From positions 23,918,225 through 23,982,224 of the forward strand of contig CM120640.1 in NCBI GenBank assembly GCA_051362555.1: a stretch of 64,000 bases of DNA, in the 5' to 3' direction. Under the pieces are notes generated by a model. The model had not been told where the DNA came from. It did not search any database and saw only the letters and a program-made list of their open reading frames with translations. Positions 15,626 through 28,272 of the stretch are shown piece after piece; within the stretch, counting starts at the first letter, position 1, and each line of letters begins with the position of its first letter. The DNA comes from Lingula anatina (taxonomy: Eukaryota > Animalia > Brachiopoda). The position numbers and the translations under genes were made by a program.

Positions 15626-18600
15626 ATGTGTGTGTGTGTGTGTGAAACAGGTTTAGAGACCTAAGATTAAAAAATAAATAAGGTAGCAGTTTAGAAATAT
15701 GAATTACTCTTAGTTTCAAAAACGCTTAATTTAAATAAATTTAAAGAAGCAATTTAGAAATTTGAAATACTCTCAGTAATTTCATTTTATGAATTATAAA
15801 AATCATAAGTTGGGTATTAACATTGCTAATTTAATGTTTCATCTTGCTTTGTAAGTAACTCAAGTTTTATTCCTTTTAATCTCCCAGATTGACAACCAGC
15901 TCCCTGAAGCTTACTTCCCTTCTGTGTTCTACCCGTCTCCTCTGCCACAGCATGTGTTGAAGAGAACTGGACCCAAGCCGTTCATTGAGCTGTCTGTGAT
16001 GAGGAGGACTGTGCCAGAAAATGGGGTGGACAGTATCAAGTGAGTAGGGAGAAGATTTTTGATAGCATGTCATGATACATGTATATGGTATTTTATGATG
16101 TGTTTGAGTTGGGCTATGGTGAAAGGGTCAGCTTAAACAGTCAGTTGTTGTGCTAGCTGAATGGTCTTTAGCAGTAGTCTTCAGTTTCGCTCATATTTGT
16201 GTCTTTTGTCCATGCTGTGAGCAAATTTTAGTTAAATTGATTGGTTTATATAGAACTAGCAGTAAATATGTTTACTTTTAATTTGTGTACATATTCCAAA
16301 GAATATTTGAACCCTATGATAACTAGCGTAAAACTCTGACGTTTTCTGTAGGAAACTGAAGGTGCTAATGCAGGAGTTCAATATCAAATTAGACAAGGGG
16401 TTCTTAGTGTCTGTCTATGATGTCATGGCAAATGTGTGGGAGAAGAAAATGGAGGTAAGCAAAATACAATATTGAAATAAATTTTAAGGTAGCAAAAAAG
16501 TATAAAGAAGATGTAAAGGCAAGATATTGTAGATGTATGTGAAGGTAGCAATTTTAGATGATATTAACATTAATGCACAAGGATAAATTCAACTGTATAA
16601 TATTTAGGTTTAAAAACAACTTTCTTCATTGTTTAATTTCAGAGTGTTCAACTACAAGAAGATTTAGATGTTGTAAAGGCTTCTCTCAAAGATACAGTTA
16701 AAAGTCAAGTATCCAGTTCTCCAAACCGCATTGTATTTGAATACTTACACCTGTCTCCTTTGAAGGTAAATTGCTAGTTTTAAAAGAGTTAATTAAAAGA
16801 CTGGCTAATTAATATTTTGATAAAAATAGTGAATTCATTAAATGAGATATACCTTTGTAGAACACTAAATGAAAACTTTCTGATGGGGTTTATGTAGATG
16901 TTCTAGTTGAAAGAGTGGATTTAATGATATTCACAGTCAATGTTACTATGTCAACCTTTGATATATTGCACTTGCTCTGCCTTCCACAATATAAAAGTGT
17001 ACTGAAGTTAGTGTGTTGCTTTCAATCATTATCATTTTAAACTTTTAGATGAGAATAAGTTTCTCTCTGGCTGGGAAGGCTTACAAGACACCAAGTGAAG
17101 AAGAGAGGGGTGTTCTGCAAGAAGTGTCGTCTGACATAGTTGGCTTCTTCTTCCAATCCGTTGGTGTCACTTTGACAGAAATCCGAGAAGTAGAAATCAA
17201 GTAAATGAATTTATAATTACAACAGCTTAGAAATGTATATTGAAGATAGGATTTGTCATATTTTCCAGGGCAAGCAATTGTTAAGAGTATTCTGTAGTTG
17301 TACATGTAGTAATTTACAGATTAATTTAATTAGTCTTATTATACAGAGGTATAATTTTAATTAAAATGACAACAGATTATAACATAAATGTTACTTAAAT
17401 TCATACAAAATTGAAGCTACAAAGATAGAATAAATCCTTTAAACTAATAGACCTCTTTTTTATTAACAATCAAGTAAAACTTGAAACCTCATTGCAGAAT
17501 GGCATATTTTACACTGAATGGTGCTACTCTTACATGGAACCAGCTTGGTGCTGAGATATCCTCTCACTATAAATCTCAGGCCATTCAGCAAGCGTATGTG
17601 TTCATACTGGGGCTGGATGTACTGGGGAACCCCTATGGTCTGATCAAGGACTTCACGGAAGGACTGGGAGATTTCTTTTATGAGCCTTTTTTGGTAGGTG
17701 CTGCTTAGTGACATTCTATTTTCTGCTAATGTATCTTTAAAGATGATGTGGTGATTAAGTTGTTCTTGAGAGGCATGTTCAGTAATCCTGCCAAATCCTG
17801 TCTTGTATCAAAAAGTTAAAATGGTGTCAACTTACTACTTGTTTAAGTATGTAGTTTGATGTTCTAGGTATCATGATCTTAAGTTTTTAACTTTTAGTTA
17901 GATATAACCAGTCTTTGCCTAGTTAAAAAGAATGAATGCTTATCATAGTATTGCAGGTTGAAATTGTTTGACATATGAGATTCCCACTGCATAAATACCT
18001 GTTGTATGTTGCAGGGCTCCATAGAAGGACCTGAGGAGTTTACACAGGGCCTGGTCAGAGGAATAGAGAGTTTAATGGGACACACTGTGGGTAAGAACCT
18101 CTCTTTAAAATCCACAGGGCCCTTTGGGACTCAAATAAGTAATCCAGTTGTTTATCAGATTAATGTTGGAAGGCAAAATTTGTGACATAATTCCAACATC
18201 TGTGTTCACAACTGAATCCTCACAGGGTCCAAACCCAATGATGATAGCAAGTAGTCTAGATGAAAACTTAAAAGATGAAAATATAATTTCTAGTAAATTT
18301 AAAATAATTGCATTGTTTGTAGATAAAAATAAGTAGATGCTAAGATGGAAAACATAAATGAAATACAAAATACTTATACTTCCCAATGTATGTATTAGGT
18401 GGTGCAGCTGGTTCAGTAGCCTTGGTGACAGGTTCTCTGGGCAGAGCTCTGGCTTTCCTCAGTTTTGATGAAGATTATAAGAAGGTGAGTGCTATGTAGA
18501 TGTTACTCACTTGTACATGTGTAAAAACTTAAATATATTTCTAAATCATTTTTTTTTTTTGAATATCAAATTAAGTTAACAATAAGACAAATCTAAACGT

Positions 18601-20840
18601 GGATCTAAACTAAGATAAATTTAAAGCATAATTGAATTTTTTGTCAGAAACGTCGACAAAGAATGCAGCAGCACCCCAAGAGTTTACCAGCCAGCCTGGT
18701 GCTTGCTGGGAAGTCTTTTGTGATGGGTGTGGCTTTGGGACTGTCAGGCGTGGTGGTCAGTCCAGCACAAGGTAAGGTATCTGAATATCTGTCCGTTTGA
18801 TTGGAAGTTGGTTATAAATGATATGTGTGGTTTAGTTATAAGGCAGGCAAAATGCAATTCAAAAAAGCTTAGACCAGTATGTCCATATCAGGTTAATTTT
18901 TCATTAAATGGGTTCCATTTTGTTTTCCCCCTGCTCTTTAATTTAAAAAAATATGACTAAGTTTAGCCAGATGCTTCTATATGTGTTAAAAGGGAATAAT
19001 TACATGTGTATCATGAGAATGTGGAATTTATGCATGGGAAATTAATTGTTCATCAATAGTAATGACATTGGTAAATTTTGATGTACCTGTAGGTGTCAGT
19101 GAAGATGGAGTCGAGGGATTCTTCAAAGGCATTGGCAAAGGTCTGCTGGGTCTACTGACCAAACCTGCTGGGGGCGTGGTGGACATGGTCAGTGTCAGCT
19201 TTGATGGAATCAGGAGGTCAGTGAAAGGAGTGTATACATATTGTCATATTATTATAAGCCCAGTCCAAGAATTTTATAAAAAGGACAGCATTACATTGAC
19301 TGACCCTGTTGTTTAAATTTGCTTACATGTAAATATGAAATATTGAAAATGAGCAATCAAAGTGAACATTTTAAGATTGACATATGCTAACAAGTAAACA
19401 TCGTTATTTTTCAAATTGCTCCTTGTAGAGCTGCTGAGATGGGGGAAGATGTTGTTGTCAGGATCAGGTTACCAAGATACATCAACCCAGTGTTGGTAAG
19501 TGTTAGAGTTATCATTACTTACTGCCAGAAATCATGGCAAATATGTTTTTATGATAAGTCATTAAAATTATCCTTTATCAATATCACAATCCCCACATTT
19601 TTAGCCTACCCAGGAAAACATTTAATTTTCATTGTCAGTGATAACTCAAATGAAATTGCAAATTTTTTCCCTAAGACTTCACATCTTAAAAAGGGATATT
19701 AATTTTGTACAGGGCTTGAAGCCATATTCACCCTACCTGGCCCTGGGACTGAAGCTGCTGCAGAGTCTGGCTAAGGGCAAATACACCGAGTCTGATGTCT
19801 ACATGGCACACGCAGCCCTGTCTGCACAGCAGAATGCTGATGTAGCAGTGATTACAAACAGGTGAGTCACACAATTTTAGTACATTGGCAATAAAAGACC
19901 AGGGAATACTCAATAGAATGAGTGAAAAACAAAAACAGTGGGGCCCTTCTGAAACACTAGCTTTCCTAGGATCCAAACCAGGATTCACAATTTGAATCAA
20001 AGCTCATAAATTGGTGCAGCTGCTGGAAATTCTGTGTTTATATACTTCTCATGTGACTGCATATATCAAATTAATAATAGATGTTTTTATTGTTTACAAT
20101 GTCAGTTAATCGGATTTTAAAAGGGTAAAAAACTTTATCAAGTGTACGTTTGGTCATGTACATGGGAGTTAGTTAAAGCTCTAGCTTTGTGGTAAAAATA
20201 TTCCAGTGCTAACAGACATGTCAATATATGCATTGTATTTCAGGCGTGTACTGCTGCTGGGCAAGTGTAAGTTCTGGGGAGACTGGGACATAGAGTGGGA
20301 CGTCCTACTCAAGGATATTACGGGACCACTGGTCATCACAAATGGCCAGCTTATCATTAATGTCATAAAGGTAATATCAAAATATGATATGAAAATAAAG
20401 AAAGGACTTTCCTTTTAAGCATGAATTTTAGAGAAAATTAAAAGATATACGTGCATATGTCATTAATGGGATTAATTGATTCAGCAGATTTTTGACCTTT
20501 TGGGAGCCAAAAATATGATTTTTGAGATCGATGCAGAGGGCCTCCTGGATTGATGCCATATTTTCTGGATTTTTTCACTAAAGGGCAGCCTCATCCCTGA
20601 TATATACATAGTACAAAATGAGGACAAATTTTGAAATTATTCTCTTTATATATTTTTTAAACTGTGGATTGGTGTGAGAGCAATATTGAGGTACTGTTAG
20701 CATTATTACTTGTTGTATTCCAGGATGATGGAGAGAGCATGGAGGAGAAGGTGATAGTGTGTAAAGAGCAGGACATTCTGGAGTGGTTGGAGAAGAAACT
20801 GGAGAAGGCAAGAAGGACAACAAAGGCTCTCATGATGTAA
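1..20840 (+). CDS. VPS13: VPS13A/C-like intermembrane (bridge-like) lipid transfer protein; multi-exon, 5'-truncated by the window edge
   Basis: Dozens of GT-AG exons in continuous frame, e.g. <1-124, 461-721, 956-1125, 1367-1476, 1566-1855, 3501-3629, last exon 20724-20840 ending TAA. Family motifs: WEPLIEPV (~3560), SPYWIINKTGLP (~11015), WSSSFSLDTVGS (~11702), LTKIVTLTPY, WWE-like WEVEVNGKWK (~15034), QIDNQLP (~15885), YKSQAIQQAYVFILGLDVLGNPYGL...FFYEPF (~17570-17690), GVEGFFKGIGKGLLGLLTKPAGGVVD (~19110-19185). A versus C paralogue cannot be resolved by eye. Confidence 0.95.
15533..15644. repeat. (TG)n microsatellite, ~56 units with a few interruptions, in a VPS13 intron
   Basis: Read directly; it starts 16 nt after the donor GT at 15517. 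Confidence 0.98.
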
Positions 20841-21159
20841 ACTGGCTTGAAATATGTTGGACTTTTTTTGAGAGAGAATTGGTTTGTGTCCCAGTAAAGT
20901 TGTTATTATTTTGTTAGAGTATACAATTATTGTATTTAACCCATATAGAAGGTAGTTTAGAGAATATTCCATGCCAAAATGGTTTATAATACAGTGTTCA
21001 AATGGTTCTGTATTGAGGATATCCTTATCTAATGGATCAAGCCAATTTGTTGAAAATGTGCCCTTTTAATGAATGGCATTTGGTTGAGGGGGCAGCTATT
21101 TTATGTTATTATTTTATTCACTGCTACTATACATATCATCATTTTTTATTGTAATATGA

Positions 21160-22322
21160 AATAAAAGCCAAAATAATTTTTATCATATATTCTAATGACT
21201 GACTCTCAAACAGTCAGTCTGCTGGTAATAGTTCCCATTTTTATTTTCACTTTTATTATATATTATTCTCCTTTGTTGTTTAGCAGTTACAAGCTTGGTT
21301 AAAGGTACTATTCATGGGATTTTAGTGCCAGATATATGAAACAAAATGAAATGATAAATAATCTATAAATATCATAATATACATGTTATGTCACTTATCT
21401 TGACTTGTTTCAAGTTTTAGCCTGGTTGTGAACTGGTTTCATACATTCCTAGCTTTTTCATTTGCTCTAACCTACAGTTTTTCTGATGTTAGAACTATAC
21501 TTGTTATTTGGGGGAATGTATGTAACAATTAAGTAACATACAGGCTACTAAAAACTGTATTGCTCCCATTAAGGCAAAATACCTTGATTTTAACAACAGG
21601 TCATAAAGCATGAACTTAAACATATTTTACCATTTCCAGTGCCACTTTAATTATTTAAGGTCAAATGAAATGTCTATTTAAATTTCGTTTTTCCCTAATT
21701 TCATAGATAATGATAAAAGCTATGTATGAAGAAGTCATCTTTTCAGCTGAACTCGTGCCCATTCAATTTTTTTTGATGTGCAATGCATAATAAATAAGAA
21801 CTGAAAGATTCTTTTGGAATTATTGGCAATTTTTACATGCAAGCAATTTTGTCCTAGTCAGTCATATAAAGTTACAGCATAATTATAATAATACATCATA
21901 ATGTTGTAATAATGGTGCAGTTGTATTGGTGGTCATATTGAAGTGAACCCAACCTTAACCCAAATGAAGATGTGCTATATACAATGTTCTAATTTATCTT
22001 TATGTTTGTGAATCACTTTTTTTAGTAATAGTGTGATAGTAATGAAAGCTTGGCTTTTTTGTAGGAATATATGTAATACATTTAAGACATGGTTGTGGTA
22101 TGGTGTAAAATATTTGCGTGTATTTTGTAGTGCAAAATGTGATTGGGATGAAATTGTTTATGAAACTCATATCCTGGAGGGATATATGATATCAATAAAA
22201 ATGTGTCTATTTCTCTATTTACGTGTTCCTGCAGTGAATGATATCATCTCTCAAATACTTATTTCCAAATGGACAAAGTAGAAATATTTTGTGACAATAT
22301 TTATTGCCATTTCATTAATAAA
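21160..22322 (+). terminator. Candidate polyadenylation signals of the VPS13 3' UTR
   Basis: AATAAA at 21160-21165, 21789-21794 and 22317-22322, downstream of the stop at 20840. Which one is used is unknown. Confidence 0.4.
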
Positions 22323-22470
22323 TTAATAATAACAAATATTTCAAAAATGCACAAGCATTCAACAGGAACATATTGACCTCTTTGTTACCTATCACTTAAA
22401 GATATACTCTATGGGTTTGATAATCCCCAAATGATTATTTTTGCCATCCATAGCTTCTTATAGCACCTTA

Positions 22471-22511
22471 AGAGTCTGGGGCAAACAGTTGATATCTTGC
22501 AGTACAATGTA
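22471..22511 (-). pseudogene. 41-bp relic copy of the MDN1 terminal coding exon
   Basis: 38/41 identical to 36435-36475; reads YIVLQDINCLPQT versus YIILRDINSLPQT in MDN1. Confidence 0.8.
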
Positions 22512-22633
22512 TACACCTTAAAAATGATTTAACCCCTTAAATAATTTTTTCTGGGGTGCACCTGATGTTGATACCTCTATGGGAGTTTGGTAAGATGGCC
22601 GCTGGTTATAATGACTAACCAGTTATTTTGAAT

Positions 22634-22998
22634 TAAATCAACCTTTATAAATCTAATTTAAGGTTGAACTCTAGTGCAGAGTGGGATAAATAAATAATGA
22701 GAATACGAGAAAATTGTGCATTTCCCTGAAAAAGTCCATTTTGACGGGTAAAATCCATTCATTTTAAATAAATGAGGCATTCAGCAATGCCACGATCAAT
22801 TGCACAGTATTCTTACTACCACATAAAACAATGTGCTTATGTGTTTAAACTTGGCAACTGTTAATTAAAGAATAAACCAGTCTAGCATTTAATTTTTTTT
22901 AATCTTGTCAATGTTCTGGACTGAAGCAGTGACTCAAAAATCATTCTCACCAATATATTCAAAATTTTGTGTTCCAAAAATTAACACGATATCTTCTT
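22634..22998. repeat. Diverged direct copy of the MDN1 3' UTR/downstream region (left copy)
   Basis: Colinear with 35912-36315 (taaatcaacc...gaatacgagaaaattg...ggcattcagcaatgccac...ctggactgaagcagtgactcaaaaatcattctca...gtgttccaaaaattaa), with scattered substitutions and two indels. Confidence 0.9.
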
Positions 22999-24090
22999 TT
23001 GTACGCCTAGTTCTAAGGACATAAGCCTACGGATGTATTCAATATATATTAGATGGGGTTGGGGTTTTTTTACCCCTCCTAAAATAAATTTTAAAACTCG
23101 GTCAGAACTTATAATTTGATATTAAATAACTTAATTATAAATTTATAATTGTATATATATATGCATTTAAAAAAGTCATCAAATCATGTTCCAAGACCTA
23201 AATATTTTCGTAATGTACGCCTTATGACACTTGATAACGTTCACGTGATTCAGATGAAGACAAAATGTGTCAAAAATATCTGAAATCGATATTGGGAAAG
23301 GGTTTAAGGGAATGATGTAAGGCACATGAGTAAACTGTGGTCACATAAAGAGATAATTCTAGTTTTTTATGTAATTATGCAAACATTTTCCGACTCATGC
23401 ATGCCTCAAAGTATGGGAAGTTTAAATATTTTAAATATCGAAGGCTTTAAAAATATCCTATCTGGATAATATTTACACGTTTTTAATACTAACAAAAATT
23501 ATACTGCTTTAAATAGGTATTACGACATGCACGTTTATTTTTAACACATTTTGTCTTCAACTTCGGTTGAATTTTTCACAGTGCCTGGTAATGAATGTTT
23601 GCTAATTGCTTTCTAAGAGAATGCAGTTTTTGCCGTTTAAAAAATTTGACTTTTCCCTGTCACCATTTCGTCCAGCTAATCGTGGATGTAACTGAATTAT
23701 AGATTCTATCAATGGCTAAAATATTACAAAAAAACATCAAACAACTGAAAATAATGACCCGCGACAAAAGACACCCCGAAAAGTTTCTTTTTTCAATTTT
23801 TAAAAACCGGGCGACACCTCGAAGGTGGCCGCATTATTGCGTTATTCAAAAAATTCTAGTTATTTTCGGAGACGTTAAAACGTCAGATTTAGTTGCTAGG
23901 CTGATGTAAGTAAAGTTTCACTTGGACAAACAATTCTTACGTTTAGTAATATAAAAAAGATAAATGGGCCTACACATATACTTGCATTATCTTTATAAAA
24001 AATCTTTTTCTGTTTCTGCTCAACTCATAACTCATGTTACTGGTGTGGGAGTACTGATAACCCGACGCCATGAAGGGAGACGTCAGTTGT

Positions 24091-24409
24091 TAATTATTAC
24101 CTAAATCAGTAGACGTTTTGAATATAGACATATACATTCACTCGTTTCGTCTGCCTTGCATTAGTAATATGATCCACTGCTGCTATCTTCCAGGCTATTA
24201 ATTATTACCTAAATCAGTAGACGTTTTGAATATAGACATATACATTCACTCGTTTCTTCTGCCTTGCATTAGTAATATGATCCACTGCTGCTATCTTCCA
24301 GGCTATTAATTATTACCTAAATCAGTAGACGTTTTGAATATAGACATATACATTCAGTCGTTTCTTCTGCCTGGCATAAGTAATATGATCCACTGCTTCT
24401 ATCTTCCAG
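24091..24409. repeat. 108-bp tandem repeat, 3 copies
   Basis: Units taattattacctaaatcagtagacg...gctatcttccag start at 24091, 24199 and 24307. Confidence 0.95.
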
Positions 24410-24890
24410 TTTTGTAAATCAATATAATTTGTCTTTTCATTTTTCAGAATAACAAGTCAGTTGATTACAAAATGTGTCTCAGAGTACTTGGGTGACTGAA
24501 CTCGACAATTCACTACAATCAGAACAACCATACTCCCTCAGGCTGCCTCAAAAATGCAGTCACCCTACGCCAAATTACATTATCCACATTTTGGATCAGT
24601 GTTCAAATACATGCACACTAAAGTAGCCTGCGAGAAGTTCACAGCTACCAGCTTAACGGACATCGTACCTATAAAAATTTTAGGGAGAAGGTATGTTGCT
24701 CAGAAATTTTCATCAAATTTGCCTGCACATTTCACAGACATTGCTTAGAACTTATTACTCTTATTATAAACAAACTGACAGGCAGAATAATCAAAATATA
24801 AAATATAAAAGAAAATGTATATGTTGATAAGATATTATTACCAACTTTGCGCATCACTATCAAAGGCCATCCCCTTTGAACAAGTTGACC

Positions 24891-24972
24891 ATTGGTGACA
24901 ACAAGAACGCCATCATGTGACTATACGTCAACAAAGGTATAAAAGCGCAAAATTTTAAAAGTGCGTTCACTC
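24891..24972 (+). promoter_or_regulatory. RNA polymerase II core promoter (reverse CCAAT, TATA box, initiator)
   Basis: ATTGG at 24891-24895, TATAAAAG at 24938-24945, and Inr-like TTCACTC with A at 24969, 31 nt after the TATA T. Followed by a CpG-rich stretch in otherwise CpG-poor DNA. Confidence 0.65.
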
Positions 24973-25328
24973 AACAGCGGACAGATCTAGAGCAACAGGA
25001 CGGATGCCATGTGCTGCGCCCTTTATCAAGCACAAAGGACACGGGAGTCGACTCCCATTTCTCCGAATCTTCTACTCATCCTACGTCAACGCATCGCTCT
25101 TCGACATATTGTTCCCTGCACACGCAGACGTCTAGACGGTGGATTCGGCGTTTCTCTTAGCTGGCCAGCTAAAATCTTCGCTTCTCCCCACGAGGAATCG
25201 TCGCTCGGTCATCTTCGCAGGATACTTCACCTTTTTGCTGTCGTGGGCTGGAATCGTAGTGTCATTGCATATTCCCATGCTTTCCAGGTTTCTTTTTATT
25301 ACAGGTCTAGGAAGCAGACTGCAAACTG

Positions 25329-26899
25329 GTGGGCGCCACCTGTGGGAATTCGACTACACTCCTTAAGGTATGTAATCTTTTTTTCTTTTTGGAAGGGGAG
25401 TTTGAGAAGTGAAAGAAATCTAATCTCGATTTTATTTCTGTTTACAGGACATGGAAGATGATGGGCGCCACCTGTGGGACTTCGACTACACTCCTTAAGG
25501 TATGTAATCTTTTTTTCTTTTTGGAAGGGGAGTTTGAGAAGTGAAAGAAATCTAATCTCGTTTTTATTTCTGTTTACAGGACATAGAAGATGATGGGCGC
25601 CACCTGTGGGACTTCGACTACACTCCTTAAGGTATGCAATCTTTTTTTCTTTTTGGAAGGGGAGTTTGAGAAATGGAAGAAATCTAATCTCGTTTTTATT
25701 TCTGTTTACAGGACATAGAAGATGATGGGCGCCACCTGTGGGACTTCGACTACACTCCTTAAGGTATGTAATCTTTTTTTCTTTTTGGAAGGGAAGTTTG
25801 AGAAATGAAAGAAATCTAATCTCGTTTTTATTTTTTGTTTACAGGACATAGAAGATGATGGGCGTCACCTGTGGGACTTCGACTACACTCCTTAAGGTAT
25901 GTAATCTTTTTTTCTTTTTGGAAGGGGAGTTTGAGAAATGAAAGAAATCTAATCTCGTTTTTATTTCTGTTTACAGGACAAAGAAGATGATGGGCGCTAC
26001 CTGTAGGACTTCGACTACACTCCTTAAGGTATGTAATCTTTTTTCATTTTGGAAGGGGAGTTTGAGAAATGAAAGAAATCTAATCTCGTTTTTATTTCTG
26101 TTTACAGGACATAGAAGATGATGGGCGCCACCTGTGGGACTTCGACTACACTCCTTAAGGTATGTAATCTTTTTTCTTTTTGGAAGGGGGGTTTGAGAAA
26201 TGAAAGAAATCTAATCTCGTTTTTATTTCTGTTTACAGGACATAGAAGATGATGGGCGCCATCTGTGGGACTTCGACTACACTCCTTAAGGTATGTAATC
26301 TTTTTTTCTTTTTGGAAGGGGAGTTTGAGAAATGAAAGAAATCTAATCTCGTTTTTATTTCTGTTTACAGGACAAAGAAGATGATGGGCGCTACCTGTAG
26401 GACTTCGACTACACTCCTTAAGGTATGTAATCTTTTTTCATTTTGGAAGGGGAGTTTGAGAAATGAAAGAAATCTAATCTCGTTTTTATTTCTGTTTACA
26501 GGACATAGAAGATGATGGGCGCCACCTGTGGGACTTCGACTACACTCCTTAAGGTATGTAATCTTTTTTCTTTTTGGAAGGGGGGTTTGAGAAATGAAAG
26601 AAATCTAATCTCGTTTTTATTTCTGTTTACAGGACATAGAAGATGATGGGCGCCATCTGTGGGACTTCGACTACACTCCTTAAGGTATGTAATATTTTTT
26701 TCTTTTTGGAAGGGGGGTTTGAGAAATGAAAGAAATCTAATCTCGTTTTTATTTCTGTTTACAGGACATAGAAGATGATGGGCGCCACCTGTGGGACTTC
26801 GACTACACTCCTTAAGGTATGTAATCTTTTTTCTTTTTGGAAGAGGGGTTTGAGAAATGAAAGAAATCTAATCTCGTTTTTATTTCTGTTTACAGGACA
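25329..26899 (+). repeat. ~132-bp tandem array (~12 units); each unit = 52-nt exon-like segment + ~80-nt intron-like segment
   Basis: Unit: gacatagaagatgatgggcgccacctgtgggacttcgactacactccttaag|gtatgt...aatctaatctcgtttttatttctgtttacag. Confidence 0.97.
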
Positions 26900-28272
26900 C
26901 AACTGCAAGGAGACACCCCTCATCTACACTTAAGCTACTTCGACCATCCCTTGGAGCCAGCGAGTCCTGCCATGGTCTGTCTACGAGGTGGCGGCACAGG
27001 GGAAGCGTCCAGCGAGACCTGCCATGGACTGTCTACGAGGTGGCGGCACAGGGGAAGCGTCCAGCGAGTCTTGCCATGGTCTGTCTACGAGGTGGCTGCA
27101 CCGGGGAAGCGTCCAGCGAGTCCTGTCATGGTCTGTCTATGAGGTGGCTGCACCGGGGAAGCGTCCAGCGAGTCCTGCCATGGTCTGTCTACGAGGTGGC
27201 TGCACTGATGAAGCGTCCAGCGAGTCCTGCCATGGTCTGTCTACGAGGTGGCTGCACTGGGGAAGCGTCCAGCGAGTCTTGTCATATGGTGTTTCAATGA
27301 GATGGAAACCACTTAAAGGTAAGCCTGACTGCAGAGTGCTGACATAGTATGAAAAGTCATTAATTCATTTTTCTTTCTGTTGACAGAACACAACTGCAAG
27401 GAGACACCCCTCATCTACACTTAAGCTACTTCGACCATCCCTTGGAGCCAGCGAGTCCTGCCATGGTCTGTCTACGAGGTGGCGGCACAGGGGAAGCGTC
27501 CAGCGAGTCCTGCCATGGTCTGTCTACGAGGTGGCTGCACTGGGGAAGCGTCCAGCGAGTCCTGTCATGGTCTGTCTACGAGGTGGCTGCACTGGGGAAG
27601 CGTCCAGCGAGTCTTGTCATATATTGTTCAATGAGATGGAAACCACTTAAAGGTAAGCCTGACTGCAGAGTGCTGACATAGTATGAAAAGTCATTAATTC
27701 ATTTTTCTTTCTGTTGACAGAACACAACTGCAAGGAGACGTCCCACATCTACACTTAAGCTACTTTGACCATTCCTTGGTGCCAGCGAGTCCTGCCATGG
27801 TCCGTCTCTTTGATGTGGCTGCACTAGGGAAGCGTCCAGCGAGTCCTGTCGTGGCCTGTCTACGAGGTGGCTGCATTAAGGAAGCGTCCGGCGAGTCCTG
27901 CCATGGTCTATCTGCGAGGTGGCTGCACTTGGGAAGCGTCCAGCGAGTCCTGCCATGGTCCGTCTACGAGGTGGCTGCACTGGGGAAGCGTCCAGCGAGT
28001 CCTGCCATGGTCCGTCTACGAGGTGGCTGCACTGGGGAAGCGTCCAGCGAGTCCTGCCATGGTCTGTCTACGAGGTGGCTGCACTAGGAAGCGTCCAGCG
28101 AGTCCTGTCCAACGTTTCATGGCAACTGCAAGGAGAAGAGGGCCACGTGCACACTTCCGATACATCCCTCAATCCTTGGTGCCAGTGAGTCCTGCCACGG
28201 TCTGTTGAGGAGGCTGCATTGGAGAAGCGTCTGAAGCATATGGTGTTTCACTGAGGCGGAAAAACCTGCAAG
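26896..28272 (+). repeat. 52-bp GC-rich minisatellite (~15 full copies) inside three duplicated exon/intron cassettes
   Basis: Unit ccagcgagtcctgccatggtctgtctacgaggtggctgcactggggaagcgt. Cassettes start at 26896, 27387 and 27721 and are separated by identical 68-nt introns (27319-27386, 27653-27720). A degenerate copy lies at ~28750-28865. Confidence 0.95.

Noticed and set aside
15375-15719. His-Thr or Cys-Val repeat ORFs
   Set aside because: These are translations of the (TG)n microsatellite; only ~15379-15516 is a true VPS13 exon.
25329-26899. CRISPR-like array
   Set aside because: The 'spacers' are near-identical rather than unique, the context is eukaryotic with spliceosomal introns, and there are no cas genes.
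26951-28208. Overlapping Cys/Trp-rich ORFs as real proteins
   Set aside because: They arise in all three frames because the 52-bp unit lacks stops; they start mostly at TTG/GTG and do not join into a continuous spliced CDS.
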